A DNA stretch of 64,000 bases, from NCBI GenBank assembly GCA_000004985.1, contig GG738932.1; one strand, given 5' to 3'. Shown in pieces: positions 31,084 through 42,467 of the stretch (position 1 is the stretch's first letter; every line of letters starts with the position of its first letter). The notes beneath the pieces are model-generated. The model saw only the letters and a list, made by a program, of their open reading frames with translations, was not told where the DNA came from and made no database searches. The translations under genes were made by a program, and so were the position numbers. Source of the DNA: Naegleria gruberi (Eukaryota).

Positions 31084-32453
31084 TTATTTTGGCTATTTTG
31101 GTCAAATTGAGTTAAAAATATTAAGGATGGTTCAACACATATTTCAATCCAATTGCTGAAAATTATCCAACTTCCATCCTTATTTTTGTAAACTTTATTT
31201 AATGATAAGAAAAGGATGAAGAAGTTTATCATTATCTATGGCAATTCCTTTTATTGATTCTCCGAGAAGGAATATTCCAAAACAACAGCATATCTCAATT
31301 TCATGTATTTTTCAGATTCGAATCTTTGTATACAAAGATTTCATTCCAAATCACCGGTGATGAGATTTTTTCGAACCACTACAGTTTTATTGTAATCACA
31401 GTAGATCAAAACTGTAGATCAAGTTTAGGTGATTGTATAATTTGATCAGAGTCAATTTAGGAAAACTTGTAATATGAATAAGAAGAAATTAAACGAATGG
31501 TGGCGAAACATACTTTTAAGAACCTGTAAGGCCTCCATATGGTTAGATCATCTAACTTGTAGATTTTGCTTCCTGTTGTTTCGAATCGTCCAATGTAATT
31601 CGTTCAGAATAGTCTAAAACAAATTCTAAATTGGTAATATTCCACATCCGAAGATTTTACATAGAATGGAACAATATCACAACAATCAACTCATCTTGAA
31701 GTAATTTACCCTTTTCGATCAATCGTTACATTTTCGAATAGTGCCATTGCTGTTTCTAATAGTTTAATTTCATGTACTTCTATGTATTTTTTAATCGGTC
31801 AAGGAATACATTTCACGATCATCCTCAATCTCCAAATTTCATCAATTCTGTACATTGTCCTTTCCAACAAAGTTTCGAATGGCATTATCGAACGAAAGAA
31901 AAAATTTTGAAATCTCCATTGAAATCCTGAAAGAGAAACTTTCTACATTCGAAAAGTTGCCACCTCACACTTCTATCCTCAAATCATGTATTCAAAATTG
32001 CATCCTTTTCATTAAATTCTAAACCAGACGAAACCATTCCCTCAAATCCTACTCAATTATACAAAACGAAATCGTTTCAGTCAACCAACTCTACTCTCCT
32101 TTTCAAGATCTTTCCAATTCTCCAAAACCAGCATCACAGGTTCATTTCAATTTTGTTCATTTTACAATTTATCAAATTTTCCCAAAAACCTTCCAGTCAG
32201 GCCTCTAAATAGTTGAAAACATTTTTCTGCATCTAGCTGTATCCACTTCCAATCTCGTCCAATCGCTCCTTTTTCATCCAAGAGTCCAAACATTACTGTC
32301 GCACTGGTTTTTTTCGTTACACCGCTTTTTATTTGTACTATGGTGATTCTCGAATATACTAGCTGATTCTCCATAACATTCATGAACAATGACATGAATA
32401 TACGAGCTAGAGTAGTGAGGGAATGGAGGAATGCATAAGAAGACAACAACACC

Positions 32454-33587
32454 ATGTCCCAATTCAGCAGAATATTCAAAAAAAAAGAAACAACAACACC
32501 CACACAATTTCTTCTTTTTGATTTTACAAAACTAATTTATATGATAATCGATATGAATCCTAATTCATTCTCGTCAAGAATTGTTACTGTTTCCTCCTCC
32601 TCATCGTGCAATAGTAATAATACTTCAACTATTGCTCGTACATCCAATAATGGTGGATCGATTAGTAGTAACAGATCAACTGATTTGAATCAAGATCAAA
32701 TTTTTGCACCCAATGCTTGGTGGAGAAGTTTTGGTAGTTCTGCTCAACAAGAACAATATGATAATTTGATTTCAATGCCATCATCAGGAAATGTCATTCA
32801 AGAAGTGAGTGGTGACAGCTGCAGTGCTATTGACTGGGAGAGTTTCTTTGCTCCTTCTTCATGTCATTACGAACCTAAGGTAACAGCAATTCCAACTTCC
32901 CGTGAACAAGTTTCCTGTAAAATTACAATCAACCCTAACTGTACCGAAAATAGTTTCAATAATTATTCAACAACAACGACAACAAACACAACAAATACAA
33001 CTAACAACGCCTCTAGTCTTGATGGAATGATTACCATGCTGAATAGAATATTAATAATGAATGGTGTCAATCCAGAGTCTAATCAATGCCAAATGCCTTC
33101 TGTTTCTTACCAACATTCTAATTTGGAAACGATTCCTTCCACATATGTTAACCAAACTGCCCATTTTACTTATAATCCAATTCAATCCATTGCTGAAGTG
33201 CATCATCAGAATTACAATACTTTGCCAAGTCAATCCCAACTCAATACTTCACTTTCTTCTTCATCCGATAGTGATAGCACAGGTAGTCAACATTCGAGTA
33301 ATTCTATCGGAAAGGACAGATGCAAAATCTCAAAGAAGAGAACCACAAGACCTAGGCTCAAATTCCAAAAGGAAACTGACAAGTCAATCAAGTTTAATCT
33401 AGTAACAAGTGAAGAATTGGCTGCCAGTTTACAATTTCATGAAACTTCGGCGCCAACTAGTGGAAAGAGAAATAGAGGAAGACCAAAGAAATCGGATTCA
33501 TCTCCTCAAAAACCTAAAGCTGATCAGTCGACAACCATTGAATTTATGGTCAATTGTTATGATCAATGCAGTAAAATTTTCAAATAA
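32454..33587 (+). CDS. N/S/T-rich low-complexity protein with C-terminal AT-hook (GKRNRGRPKK); probable chromatin/DNA-binding protein
   Basis: 377-aa ORF with an AT-hook core RGRP flanked by basic residues and a KKRTTRPRLKF basic tract. The start may instead be the Met at about 32540 (MIIDMNPNSF). A long CT/A-rich leader-like region lies at 31850..32450. Confidence 0.5.
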   Translation: MSQFSRIFKKKETTTPTQFLLFDFTKLIYMIIDMNPNSFSSRIVTVSSSSSCNSNNTSTIARTSNNGGSISSNRSTDLNQDQIFAPNAWWRSFGSSAQQEQYDNLISMPSSGNVIQEVSGDSCSAIDWESFFAPSSCHYEPKVTAIPTSREQVSCKITINPNCTENSFNNYSTTTTTNTTNTTNNASSLDGMITMLNRILIMNGVNPESNQCQMPSVSYQHSNLETIPSTYVNQTAHFTYNPIQSIAEVHHQNYNTLPSQSQLNTSLSSSSDSDSTGSQHSSNSIGKDRCKISKKRTTRPRLKFQKETDKSIKFNLVTSEELAASLQFHETSAPTSGKRNRGRPKKSDSSPQKPKADQSTTIEFMVNCYDQCSKIFK

Positions 33588-33723
33588 TTATAAAAACAAT
33601 TTTTCAATAATTCTTCTAATTATTTCACAATTTTAACGAATGTCATCTCTCACATATTGTTTCAATGTTGAAAAATAGAAAAATTGTGAAAAGTTCTATT
33701 CCAATAAGAATCACCATAACCTT

Positions 33724-35646
33724 TTATTGTTTGACCTTCTTTTGGGATGGTTCATATTTGGAATTATTGGTTGGATTATCCTCTCGTTTCAATCTCTTTT
33801 GAATTTCATTCTTGGTTGATTCCATCTTTAAGAGTTGTTTCAAAAGGAAAGATCCTTCACAATATTCAGCATAACGTGAATCTACAAGTTCAATAATCTT
33901 GTATCTACCATCTAGAGGATGGAAGTATGCCTTGGCAATTTGCTCATTCCTATTTCTAATTGAACTCAAATCGATGGTATTAACAAAATTAGCATCAACA
34001 TCAACTTCCATACAATGAACTCTCCAAATATCACCTTCATCACCCTTAATACAGAATTGAAGTGAGAGTTTTTGTGCAACGTGTTGCAGTCTGAAATAAG
34101 CAACTTGATTCATTCTAATGACTCTTTCTCTGTATAGTTCTGTAAATGTGCCTCTTGATTGGACATATTTATGGTAGTTATCAGAGTTGGAATTTGGGCT
34201 AATGTAATGTTTCAAATCATCAATGGTGATATTTTCAATCATATTCTCAACAGTATTGGCAACAGTTTTAAAGGCATTTGGTGAAGTCTTATCTTCACGA
34301 ATGAGAAGGAAATACCATCCACTTTTAGTCGAGTCGAATCCCATTTCAACAATTAATCCAGTTCCCTTTTGAAGATCCAAGAATTTAGCCAAAATATGTG
34401 GACTAATATCCTTCACTTGAACAGTATCGAAAAAGTGACTAATCTTTGAAAATTGGAAATATACATGGAATAAATTGTCATTGGCACCTTCTGCATGTTC
34501 TTTCAAACTTGAATTTTCATCTGGTGAAACTAGGAAATCACAGGTTAGTTTGTTTGGCCATTTCCACTTTAACAGGTAGTTATTAGCACCTGGTTTGAAA
34601 GCACTCAGGACTGCATCCTTTGGAGTGAAAACCAATCCATCATTCTTATTGTAATTTTTGTACAAGTATTCACCAGTTTCTGGATCCTCCTTAATGCATT
34701 CCATTACTTCCATCAATTTAGACTTTTCATAGAAATGTTTACGGATGAGTTTTAAACATTTTGGTGGATCTCTCTTTAAAATGATTTTATAATAGTGATA
34801 ATGTGGATCGGTAATGTATTTTTCTATGAATTCATATCGGTTGTTCATAGATTCTGCTCTTGCTGAAATTACCTTTTCTTTGCAAAATGTAATTAGGTCA
34901 TAAATTGAATAATTATTTCGTTGTTCTTTCAAGTTAAAGACTATTTCACCATCCAAGATTACAATATCTTGATAGCGACATTCCTCGAGTGTTTTAGTTT
35001 TTCTATTAATATTATCTCTTGATGGAAATGCAATTTCCTCAATACTAAGATAAAATTCAAAAGTTCTATCAAAAAAGAATGAAAAGGACCATCCTTTCAA
35101 TCTTTTCAACTTGATTGAAGAGTTTGTTACTGTATCAATCAGCAGTACTGTATTGGTTCTACTTAAATATTGTAAATTTGTATTTTCCATACAAGTTACT
35201 TTTAAAGTAGTGTCCTTTCCAGCTTGTTTAGCATGATGATAAATACATTCAATAGCACAATTATTCTTCAAATCAAATTGTTGAGTATTATCCGAATCAT
35301 GAACCCATCTAGGAAATTCCTTGCTTCTCAACATTAAACACATGGCACGAATACCATCTGATTTTTCTGTAATATAATAATCGTGCTCACTCAATAGATG
35401 AAGGGAAGTCCTGGAAAGCTGTACAGCCATTGGTCCTGGGAATATTCCTTCCTGATAAGAGTCTCCAAGGTTCTTACGAATAATATTTCTCAAGAAATTG
35501 GTTCCTTCCTGTCGATCAAATTGAACAGAAGGATCCATCATGTCTGTTAAAGCAAGATAGGCTTCATAATATGAATTTGATGATAAAGTACTATGTATAA
35601 AGGAACTAGAAATACGACAAAATTGGTTTGGATTTAATGTATCCAT
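33724..35646 (-). CDS. mRNA capping enzyme, stand-alone GTP:mRNA guanylyltransferase (Ceg1/PBCV-1 type), 640 aa
   Basis: All covalent nucleotidyltransferase motifs are present in order: I YYITEKSDGIRAM (KxDGxR), III ILDGEIVFN, IV NDGLVFTP, V LLKWKWPNKLTCDF, VI LLIREDKTSPNAF, plus ENMIENITIDDL (cf. Chlorella virus GTase EENITIDEL). FPGPMAVQL is N-terminal of motif I, as in the FPGSQPVS of capping enzymes. There is no triphosphatase domain. About 90 extra residues sit between motifs I and III, and there is a C-terminal K/E-rich extension. Confidence 0.75.
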   Translation of the reverse strand: MDTLNPNQFCRISSSFIHSTLSSNSYYEAYLALTDMMDPSVQFDRQEGTNFLRNIIRKNLGDSYQEGIFPGPMAVQLSRTSLHLLSEHDYYITEKSDGIRAMCLMLRSKEFPRWVHDSDNTQQFDLKNNCAIECIYHHAKQAGKDTTLKVTCMENTNLQYLSRTNTVLLIDTVTNSSIKLKRLKGWSFSFFFDRTFEFYLSIEEIAFPSRDNINRKTKTLEECRYQDIVILDGEIVFNLKEQRNNYSIYDLITFCKEKVISARAESMNNRYEFIEKYITDPHYHYYKIILKRDPPKCLKLIRKHFYEKSKLMEVMECIKEDPETGEYLYKNYNKNDGLVFTPKDAVLSAFKPGANNYLLKWKWPNKLTCDFLVSPDENSSLKEHAEGANDNLFHVYFQFSKISHFFDTVQVKDISPHILAKFLDLQKGTGLIVEMGFDSTKSGWYFLLIREDKTSPNAFKTVANTVENMIENITIDDLKHYISPNSNSDNYHKYVQSRGTFTELYRERVIRMNQVAYFRLQHVAQKLSLQFCIKGDEGDIWRVHCMEVDVDANFVNTIDLSSIRNRNEQIAKAYFHPLDGRYKIIELVDSRYAEYCEGSFLLKQLLKMESTKNEIQKRLKREDNPTNNSKYEPSQKKVKQ

Positions 35647-36564
35647 TCTTTGTATTGTTGATGATGATGAAACTCTATATGGGATGACTACTAGTTCCCT
35701 CTATATTGAAAGATGAGTAGATATCTATTTAAATCGGGATGGATAATGACTTGTTGTTGCTCCAGAGAGAGATGTATTCAGGTAAGTCACTTTATTCGGG
35801 TGTGTTTGTTGTTCTATGAATAAAATTATTTTTTTTTGAAGTGAATTTGTTGAAGTTTGCTGAGAAGTTTTCTTTTTTTTGAATATTTTTCAAAGTTATT
35901 TTTGGATCGTGTTGAAGAATGCATTCTTGATTTCAATGTACAATTTTATTTGTTGGTGAAGCTAATAAAAGAATTGATGAAGAGAATTCCCTTTAGATAG
36001 AAGATATTGGAATTAGTGTTGGAATGCTGATTGATGAATTTGTATTATCCAAAGATTAAATCTTGTTTTGCCACAAGTTACCGTTGCATAATTTCTTTTT
36101 GCAAATTAAAAAAAAATTACAGCAAGCCATCACACAGCAAAGAATATTTCATCCACATCCAATGGATTCTTAATTCTGTTCTTGTTAAAAGGTCAAAACA
36201 ATCTTTTACGCAAGCTAAAGCACAACATTTTTACTGGGTAACATGGCCTCCATTGCATCATCAACAATGTTCATCAAAGCCACATGTCGTATCAAAAGGT
36301 TCAACTTGTGGTCGTTCTCGTCCTCCAGTAATATCAAAAAGGAAGAGCAGTAGAAAAGACAGTCAATGTTTCGGGAGATGATAATAGTGGTCGTTTCAAT
36401 CTTCTGCTCCTCTTGAGGTTCTAATCAAATTCCATCTTGTAAATCTTAAAAATAATTTATTAAAAAAAAATTGAACAGATCATCACACAACTATTGTGAT
36501 TTTTATCATCAGTTTTAAATAATAATAATAGAAAAATACTTTTTAAAAATCATCACAGTACAGG

Positions 36565-37206
36565 ATGGGCTTGATGGATATATTTCATAAAAAGACTCCG
36601 GAAGAGTTGGCTAAAGAATGGAAGAAGGGATTAAAATCGGAAGTGAGAAATATGGATAGAGGTATTAGAAAGATTGAAATGGAGGAAATAAAGGTAAAGA
36701 ATAATATTAAAATGATGGTCAAGAAGGGACAAGAAGATAATGCTAAAATTGTTGCCAGAGAATTAATTAAAACTAGAAAGGCAAAGGAAAGGCTGATCAG
36801 AACAAAAGCTCAAATGAATTCCGTTATTTTACAATTGGATCAACAAGTGCAACAACTCAGAGTGATGGGAGCTTTACAGAAGAGTGCCGATGTAATGAAA
36901 TGTATGAATGAAATGATGAAATTACCAGATTTACAAGCAACGATGAGAAACATGTCCAAGGAAATGGAAAAGGCAGGTTTAATAGAGGAAATGGTTGATG
37001 ATATGATGGAAGATGTTTTTGAAGATGAGGATGTTGAAGAAGCTGCTGATGAGGAAGTTTCTGAAGTATTGAATGAAATTTTGGAAAATGTCAAATCAAC
37101 AAGAGTTGGATCATCAAAACTTCCACAAAAACAAGTTGAAGAAGAAGAGGAAGAGGATGAATCAGAATTGGAACTTCAAAAGAGATTATCATCTCTTAGA
37201 AATTAG
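36565..37206 (+). CDS. vps24: ESCRT-III subunit Vps24/CHMP3 (Snf7 family), 213 aa
   Basis: Collinear with human CHMP3. MGLMDIFHKKTPEELAKEWKKGLKSEVRNMDRGIRKIEMEE...KKGQEDNAKIVARELIKTRKA...AQMNSVILQL...LRVMGALQKSADVMKCMNEMMKLPDLQATMRNMSKEMEKAGLIEEM aligns to MGLFGKTQEKPPKELVNEWS...KKGQKDVCIVLAKEMIRSRKA...AHMNSVLMGM...LRVAGSLQKSTEVMKAM...IQATMRELSKEMMKAGIIEEM. It has an acidic C-terminal tail. Confidence 0.85.
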   Translation: MGLMDIFHKKTPEELAKEWKKGLKSEVRNMDRGIRKIEMEEIKVKNNIKMMVKKGQEDNAKIVARELIKTRKAKERLIRTKAQMNSVILQLDQQVQQLRVMGALQKSADVMKCMNEMMKLPDLQATMRNMSKEMEKAGLIEEMVDDMMEDVFEDEDVEEAADEEVSEVLNEILENVKSTRVGSSKLPQKQVEEEEEEDESELELQKRLSSLRN

Positions 37207-37448
37207 ATATTTCGAACAAAAAACAATTATTTATTATAATATCTAGAGTTTAATAGTCTTCGTCCTGATTGCCAATGATCTGGACAGTTTGTAAAATATA
37301 AATTTGTAAATTTTGTTTTTTTAACAATTATAACTTACAGGAAGTGAATTATCACCAGTCGAATAACCTTTATATTCATCATTTCTTTGTTCTACACTAG
37401 AATAATGAGGCTTCACTATTAAAGTTCTTAATGTCAAGTTGTTGAAAG

Positions 37449-39857
37449 CTACTTACTAGGAGCTAGAGCCTCCAAAATCCACTCATGACGGAATGCTTCT
37501 TCTGGAGTCATTCTTTCAACTGGATCCCATCTCAAACAAGCTTCCATAAAGGAAACAAATTTTCTGTCTGGACAGTCAAGAGCTTGCTGGAGTGTGACAC
37601 TTCCTGGAATTCTCTTCTTGCCAGTTTTCTTGTTAATCACTAACCTAGGTTGACCATTAGAGTCGAAGAATTTCTTTCTTCTTGTACTGATCTGAATTAA
37701 TTTCTTGGAAGGCATTCCCATAACTTCCATAATATAACACAATTGTTCCAATTCGTTTCTTCCTGGGAATAGAGGATATCCTGTATATAATTCAGCAAGA
37801 ATACATCCAAAACTCCACATATCAATTGAACGACCATAAGAAATACCTAGAATAATTTCTGGAGATCTGTAAAATCTTGACTGAATATATGTATAGATTC
37901 TTTCATTTTCAAAACATGAACTACCAAAGTCAATCATCTTGATATCTGATTTTGTGGAAGATACCAACAAGATGTTTTCAGGTTTGAGATCGCAGTGAAT
38001 TATCTTTTCTTGACTCAAATATTGTAAAGAATTCAATATTTGCAAGGCGAATTTTCTGATTAGAGCCAAACTTAATCCTCTAAAATTGTTATTCTTAATG
38101 AACTCATAAAGGTTAATACTCAGTAATTCAAAAGCAATACATAAATGTTGTCTGAAAGTAAAGTAAGCAACCATTTCTATACAGTGGTGCTTTCCTTCCT
38201 TATCGTTATCTTTAAGATGTTTCAATATTTTAACTTCAACAAGAGCTTGGGCGTGGAATCTCTTTCTATTCCTAATCACTTTGAGAGCTACAAATTTGTT
38301 TTCCTTAACATCGTGGGCCTTGACTACTTGACCAAAACTTCCCTTTCCCAAAAATCCAACAACTTCATATCTGTAACCTATATGATCATTCAAAACAAGT
38401 TTGTAATCACCCCTTTCATCGTCATAACCAAAGTTCATCTCCTCGTTGGCATTTACTGTTCCCTTAATCTTTCTCGCTGTGCTACCTATACAGTACACTT
38501 TGTGGAAATCGAAAATTTCAGATTGCTCGTAATCTGTCAAGTAATCACTATACATTTTTATGGCAGCAGCTGGAGTGATTGGATCATGGAATTTAAGATT
38601 CACATTTCCACCTGTATTAGAACTAGAAGTTCTAATAGACCTCACAGAGGAAGACCTAGAACTTGGATTTGATTGTTGATTACTAGTTGTTGTACTTGTT
38701 GATGAGGCAACATCGAACACTGTTGTTTTATCTTCCGACGTATATTTGAAAGGAAGATTTTGGAATGAAGTGGTTTCTGCATTGGCAGCTCTTGCACTCA
38801 TTGGCATTGATGGCTGTTGTTTGGCTGTGGTATTTCTAGCAGTCTTGACAGTTTCTGGAACTCCTGACCCAAATCCTTCAAATTCCACATCTTTCATATA
38901 GTTGGCTGTTTGCAAATTCAAATTGAGTTTAAGGGTTGGAGGTTGAGCAGATGCTCCACTAGTTGGAGGATGTGGAACCAAATTACTTTGTGAGGAAGGA
39001 TTGGCAAAGTTATATCTTCTGGCACTATTAGGTGCTGTCGTTTGAGAGTGACCACTGCTGACTGTGCTTGGTTCTTCTGTTGCATAGCTCTGTGAAGAAA
39101 TGACAGCAACATTTGAAACTGAGGGTTTTCTTGGCACTGGAGGTCTTGGAGTGAGATAGGAAGCAGCTCCAATATTAGCAGTGATGATTGTTTCCTTTTT
39201 TGTTCCAGATGATGATGTTATTGATTTTGTCGAGTTGGTTTTGGAGACTGTTCCTATTCGTTTTGTGGTTCCTTTAGTGTAGCCTACCGTGTTTTGCTTA
39301 GTGTTTGGACTGATATTCCTTGGAGTGTTCATTGTGCTTTTTTGATTTGTTATTGAAGATGAAACTAGCCCTCCGATTTGAGGTTGGGAAGGATAGTATT
39401 GATATCGTGGAGTGTTATTTGTACTAGCTACATTGTGAGATGGTGGTGTTTTGTACATTTGTCGAGCAGAATTATATCCTCCTACCGAACCTCTATTTGT
39501 GGAACCTCTACTTGAAGGGGGTCCTCCAGTAGGTGTCTTTTTCGAGTTCTGTAATCCATTCAGATTCAAACTCAAACTTGGTGGTTGTTTTTTTGGAGCT
39601 GTGTCTGAAGAAAAAGGATTCAATTCATCCGAACTAATCAGAGCATTTAAGATTGATGTTGTCGAGTTTAGTTGATCGATTTCCAGAGGAGGAACGCCAG
39701 ATTTATATTTTCTTCCTGGACTTTGGTAAGAAGGGACCGGGTTATTGGTATTGGTATTATTAGATGGAGGACTTGGCATCATGATGTACGTTCCTCGCTT
39801 ATCGGCTCCATTTCTAACCAGCATTACTCCACCACTTGATGAGTCCTTATTATTCAT
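37449..39857 (-). CDS. DYRK-family dual-specificity protein kinase (DYRK2/Pom1-like) with long S/T/N/P-rich N-terminal region, 802 aa
   Basis: It has a DH-box-like GYDDERGDYKL. The kinase domain has GKGSFGQVVKA, VALKVIRN, HCDLKPENILL, DFGSS, the activation-loop YTYIQSRFYRSPE (the DYRK YxY motif), and DMWSFGCILAEL. Confidence 0.85.
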   Translation of the reverse strand: MNNKDSSSGGVMLVRNGADKRGTYIMMPSPPSNNTNTNNPVPSYQSPGRKYKSGVPPLEIDQLNSTTSILNALISSDELNPFSSDTAPKKQPPSLSLNLNGLQNSKKTPTGGPPSSRGSTNRGSVGGYNSARQMYKTPPSHNVASTNNTPRYQYYPSQPQIGGLVSSSITNQKSTMNTPRNISPNTKQNTVGYTKGTTKRIGTVSKTNSTKSITSSSGTKKETIITANIGAASYLTPRPPVPRKPSVSNVAVISSQSYATEEPSTVSSGHSQTTAPNSARRYNFANPSSQSNLVPHPPTSGASAQPPTLKLNLNLQTANYMKDVEFEGFGSGVPETVKTARNTTAKQQPSMPMSARAANAETTSFQNLPFKYTSEDKTTVFDVASSTSTTTSNQQSNPSSRSSSVRSIRTSSSNTGGNVNLKFHDPITPAAAIKMYSDYLTDYEQSEIFDFHKVYCIGSTARKIKGTVNANEEMNFGYDDERGDYKLVLNDHIGYRYEVVGFLGKGSFGQVVKAHDVKENKFVALKVIRNRKRFHAQALVEVKILKHLKDNDKEGKHHCIEMVAYFTFRQHLCIAFELLSINLYEFIKNNNFRGLSLALIRKFALQILNSLQYLSQEKIIHCDLKPENILLVSSTKSDIKMIDFGSSCFENERIYTYIQSRFYRSPEIILGISYGRSIDMWSFGCILAELYTGYPLFPGRNELEQLCYIMEVMGMPSKKLIQISTRRKKFFDSNGQPRLVINKKTGKKRIPGSVTLQQALDCPDRKFVSFMEACLRWDPVERMTPEEAFRHEWILEALAPSK

Positions 39858-40065
39858 GATTTGAGCTATTATTCTCTCGAGGTGATGTATTTTTCTTATT
39901 AAATCCTCAAGTTATTATCGTCGACAAGTGAGAATAACTACTGATGATGACGTAAACAGGAGAGAGTAATCTTCTTTTCAATTAGAGATTATATCCACCA
40001 CACTATTTTCCTCAATCAATTCCTGAGAGATAGAACAGCTAATTTTTTTTTTGGGTTTTTTCAAG

Positions 40066-40081
40066 AATTGGCGCCAAATTT
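40066..40081. promoter_or_regulatory. AATTGGCGCCAAATTTTT element (E2F-like palindrome), ~210 bp upstream of DYRK start
   Basis: Third instance of the TTGGCGCCAA motif. Confidence 0.3.
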
Positions 40082-40749
40082 TTGCTGTAGATGCATCTAA
40101 GCGTTATTGTTGTTGAAAATGTAGATTTGTTGATCCAAAATATATAACTATGATGTAATTATTGTCTTGTTGTTATTGTTCAAGGGACAAATTACCATTG
40201 AAACTGCCTCACGAACGAACTGTTTTCAACCTTTTACCACCACTGTGTGTTTATTTTAAACGCAACAATTACCTCAAACCCTCAACAATGTAATAAACAA
40301 GGAAATTCGTATGGAGAATTGTTCCTGTCCAATAGATATGATGATTCTTAATTGTTGATTATATGCTAATTTTCATCCATTGAGAAGGATGCATGCTCTA
40401 CTCCAATATAAAATGAAAGGAAGTAACAAGTTTTGGAAAATGTACAACAAGTTTCATAATCCATCGATTCAACAACTGTACGACCCTCAACAGAACCAAC
40501 CTCTCTTCTAACTGAACAACGATCGTAAATTACAATTTATATTATCTTCTTGTGATGATGGGAAGTGATGATTCTTTAATAACACTACCTTTCAAAAAAT
40601 CAAAAAACAAAAACTTGATACATTCTTTCTTGTCATTATTCCTCATCACAATAAATTCATCATCATCAAGTTTATTATAATTTTTTTAAAACAATTTCAT
40701 AACGGAACTATTTGGAGCCTTAAAATTATTCCTTACATTTTTTAAAAAA

Positions 40750-42441
40750 ATGCTTAAAAACAGTTTTAATTCAACCTCAATGATGAGAAAGAAAATTTCC
40801 TCCAAGCTGGAAAATAGAGAGGAATTCGGAGCGAAGGAAATAATTACGAGGAATGATAAGGTGGAATATACAATTATGAATATTCATGATAGGAGGGCTG
40901 ATGAGGACAATTTAAAAAAGAATCAACGACAATTGAATGAAATTCTTACAAGAACTTTATATGAGGCACAACGTAATTTGAGTGATTTGTCTAGTTTGAC
41001 AAAGAAAAAGTTGGGTCCGAAGGCATTACTCTATCAACAACAATCACTGGTGGATGATACTGATCCATTATCTGCCTTGGGTGATGTTGGAAACTTTGAT
41101 TCAGTTAGTGAGGAAGATGGAATCAAGACAGATAAGCTTGATGAACTCGGCTCGACAACAATGTCATCGAGCATCATGAAGAAGGCCAGTAATAACAAGT
41201 TGAATGCCATGACCGAGAATCTCATGTTGAATCAATTAATTGATCTTGTCGATCAGAAGAAGAGAGAAAAACAACAGGAAGGTATCTTTGATAATTCTTT
41301 GAGGGAAATCTTTTTGAGAACAAGAGGTCTCATTGAAAACTTGTGGGATGAAATGAACATTGAAGACTCTGAGAGAAGAGATTTCTCCAGAAGATTCTTC
41401 TACCCTGAAACGCTAATTAACTATGTTTCCATCTTTAGAGAAATTACGCGATTGACTGGAGTAAGATCCATTCAACACGATGTCTTAACGAGTTTGGAAC
41501 AAAGAGAAGTCTACATTAAGAGACTGAAAGAAATTGCAATGCAATTCAACGGATATAGGGCTGGGGCATCTTCACTCATGGGTAGATTGCAAGATCCTAT
41601 GGTAAAGAATGAAATTCCGACCATTGTCTCCAATTTGAGAAATGTAACAATAGAACTTGTGGAATCTATTCTATTGTGGAGAAGTCAACTTACGAAGAAA
41701 ACTGTATTTTTATATAACGGAGAGAATTACATGCTCAAGATGAGAAATGATGTTGACTTTTTGAAACTTACAGAACTGGCTCCATTATTTGAAATTGTTG
41801 GAATTACAATTGATTCCAATCCATTACTATTACCTGATGATGTAAGAGGAAATAACAATATTTCATTCGATGAATATGTGAATGAAATCTTGAATGAAGG
41901 TGATGAGAATATCAATAAGAGCCAAACCGCATTGACTCTTGTGGAACACTATCAATCTAAGAGAGATCACGACAAGAAACAAGCCAATAGATTTAATGAA
42001 GACCAAAATCTTCAAAACATTCCTCGTGTTCTCAAAATCAACTTGCCTTTCGCTTACATGGAAAGATTGAGAAGATCAGACAAGTTCATCTTCCAAGAAG
42101 AATTGTACATTAAACTATTAGAAGATAGAGCAATGAGAGATCAAGCAGCTACAAAAATTCAAAGCCAGTGGAGAAGCTTCCTTGCCAGAAGATACATGAA
42201 GAGATTGAAAATGGAAACCAAGAAGGCTGCAGCTTACACGAATTCGAATAACTTCCTCAATCAACAAAAGAAACAAACTTTGAGAAATGAGGCAGTCATC
42301 CGTAATCTTCCAAAGAAAATTGAAGCACTAACAACAAAGGATTTGATTGAGGAATTGGAAAAGAATAGAAAGGCCGATGTTTTCCTTGATTCTCTCAATA
42401 TTTCAGGACGTTATTCAACTTCCATTTTCGATTTTGAGTAG
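40750..42441 (+). CDS. Coiled-coil protein with C-terminal IQ motif (AATKIQSQWRSFLARRYMKRLK); family not recognised
   Basis: 563-aa intron-less ORF predicted to be mostly helical, with a conserved-looking central block FYPETLINYVSIFREITRLTG...ILLWRSQLTKKTVFLYNGENYMLKMRNDVDFL. Confidence 0.5.
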   Translation: MLKNSFNSTSMMRKKISSKLENREEFGAKEIITRNDKVEYTIMNIHDRRADEDNLKKNQRQLNEILTRTLYEAQRNLSDLSSLTKKKLGPKALLYQQQSLVDDTDPLSALGDVGNFDSVSEEDGIKTDKLDELGSTTMSSSIMKKASNNKLNAMTENLMLNQLIDLVDQKKREKQQEGIFDNSLREIFLRTRGLIENLWDEMNIEDSERRDFSRRFFYPETLINYVSIFREITRLTGVRSIQHDVLTSLEQREVYIKRLKEIAMQFNGYRAGASSLMGRLQDPMVKNEIPTIVSNLRNVTIELVESILLWRSQLTKKTVFLYNGENYMLKMRNDVDFLKLTELAPLFEIVGITIDSNPLLLPDDVRGNNNISFDEYVNEILNEGDENINKSQTALTLVEHYQSKRDHDKKQANRFNEDQNLQNIPRVLKINLPFAYMERLRRSDKFIFQEELYIKLLEDRAMRDQAATKIQSQWRSFLARRYMKRLKMETKKAAAYTNSNNFLNQQKKQTLRNEAVIRNLPKKIEALTTKDLIEELEKNRKADVFLDSLNISGRYSTSIFDFE

Positions 42442-42467
42442 TAATTCAATAAATAATTTATGTACAA

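Noticed and set aside
36031-36381. 116-aa ORF in the divergent region between the capping-enzyme and Vps24 genes
   Set aside because: It has no recognisable motif and odd composition, and it lies where two divergent promoters are expected. It is probably a chance ORF.
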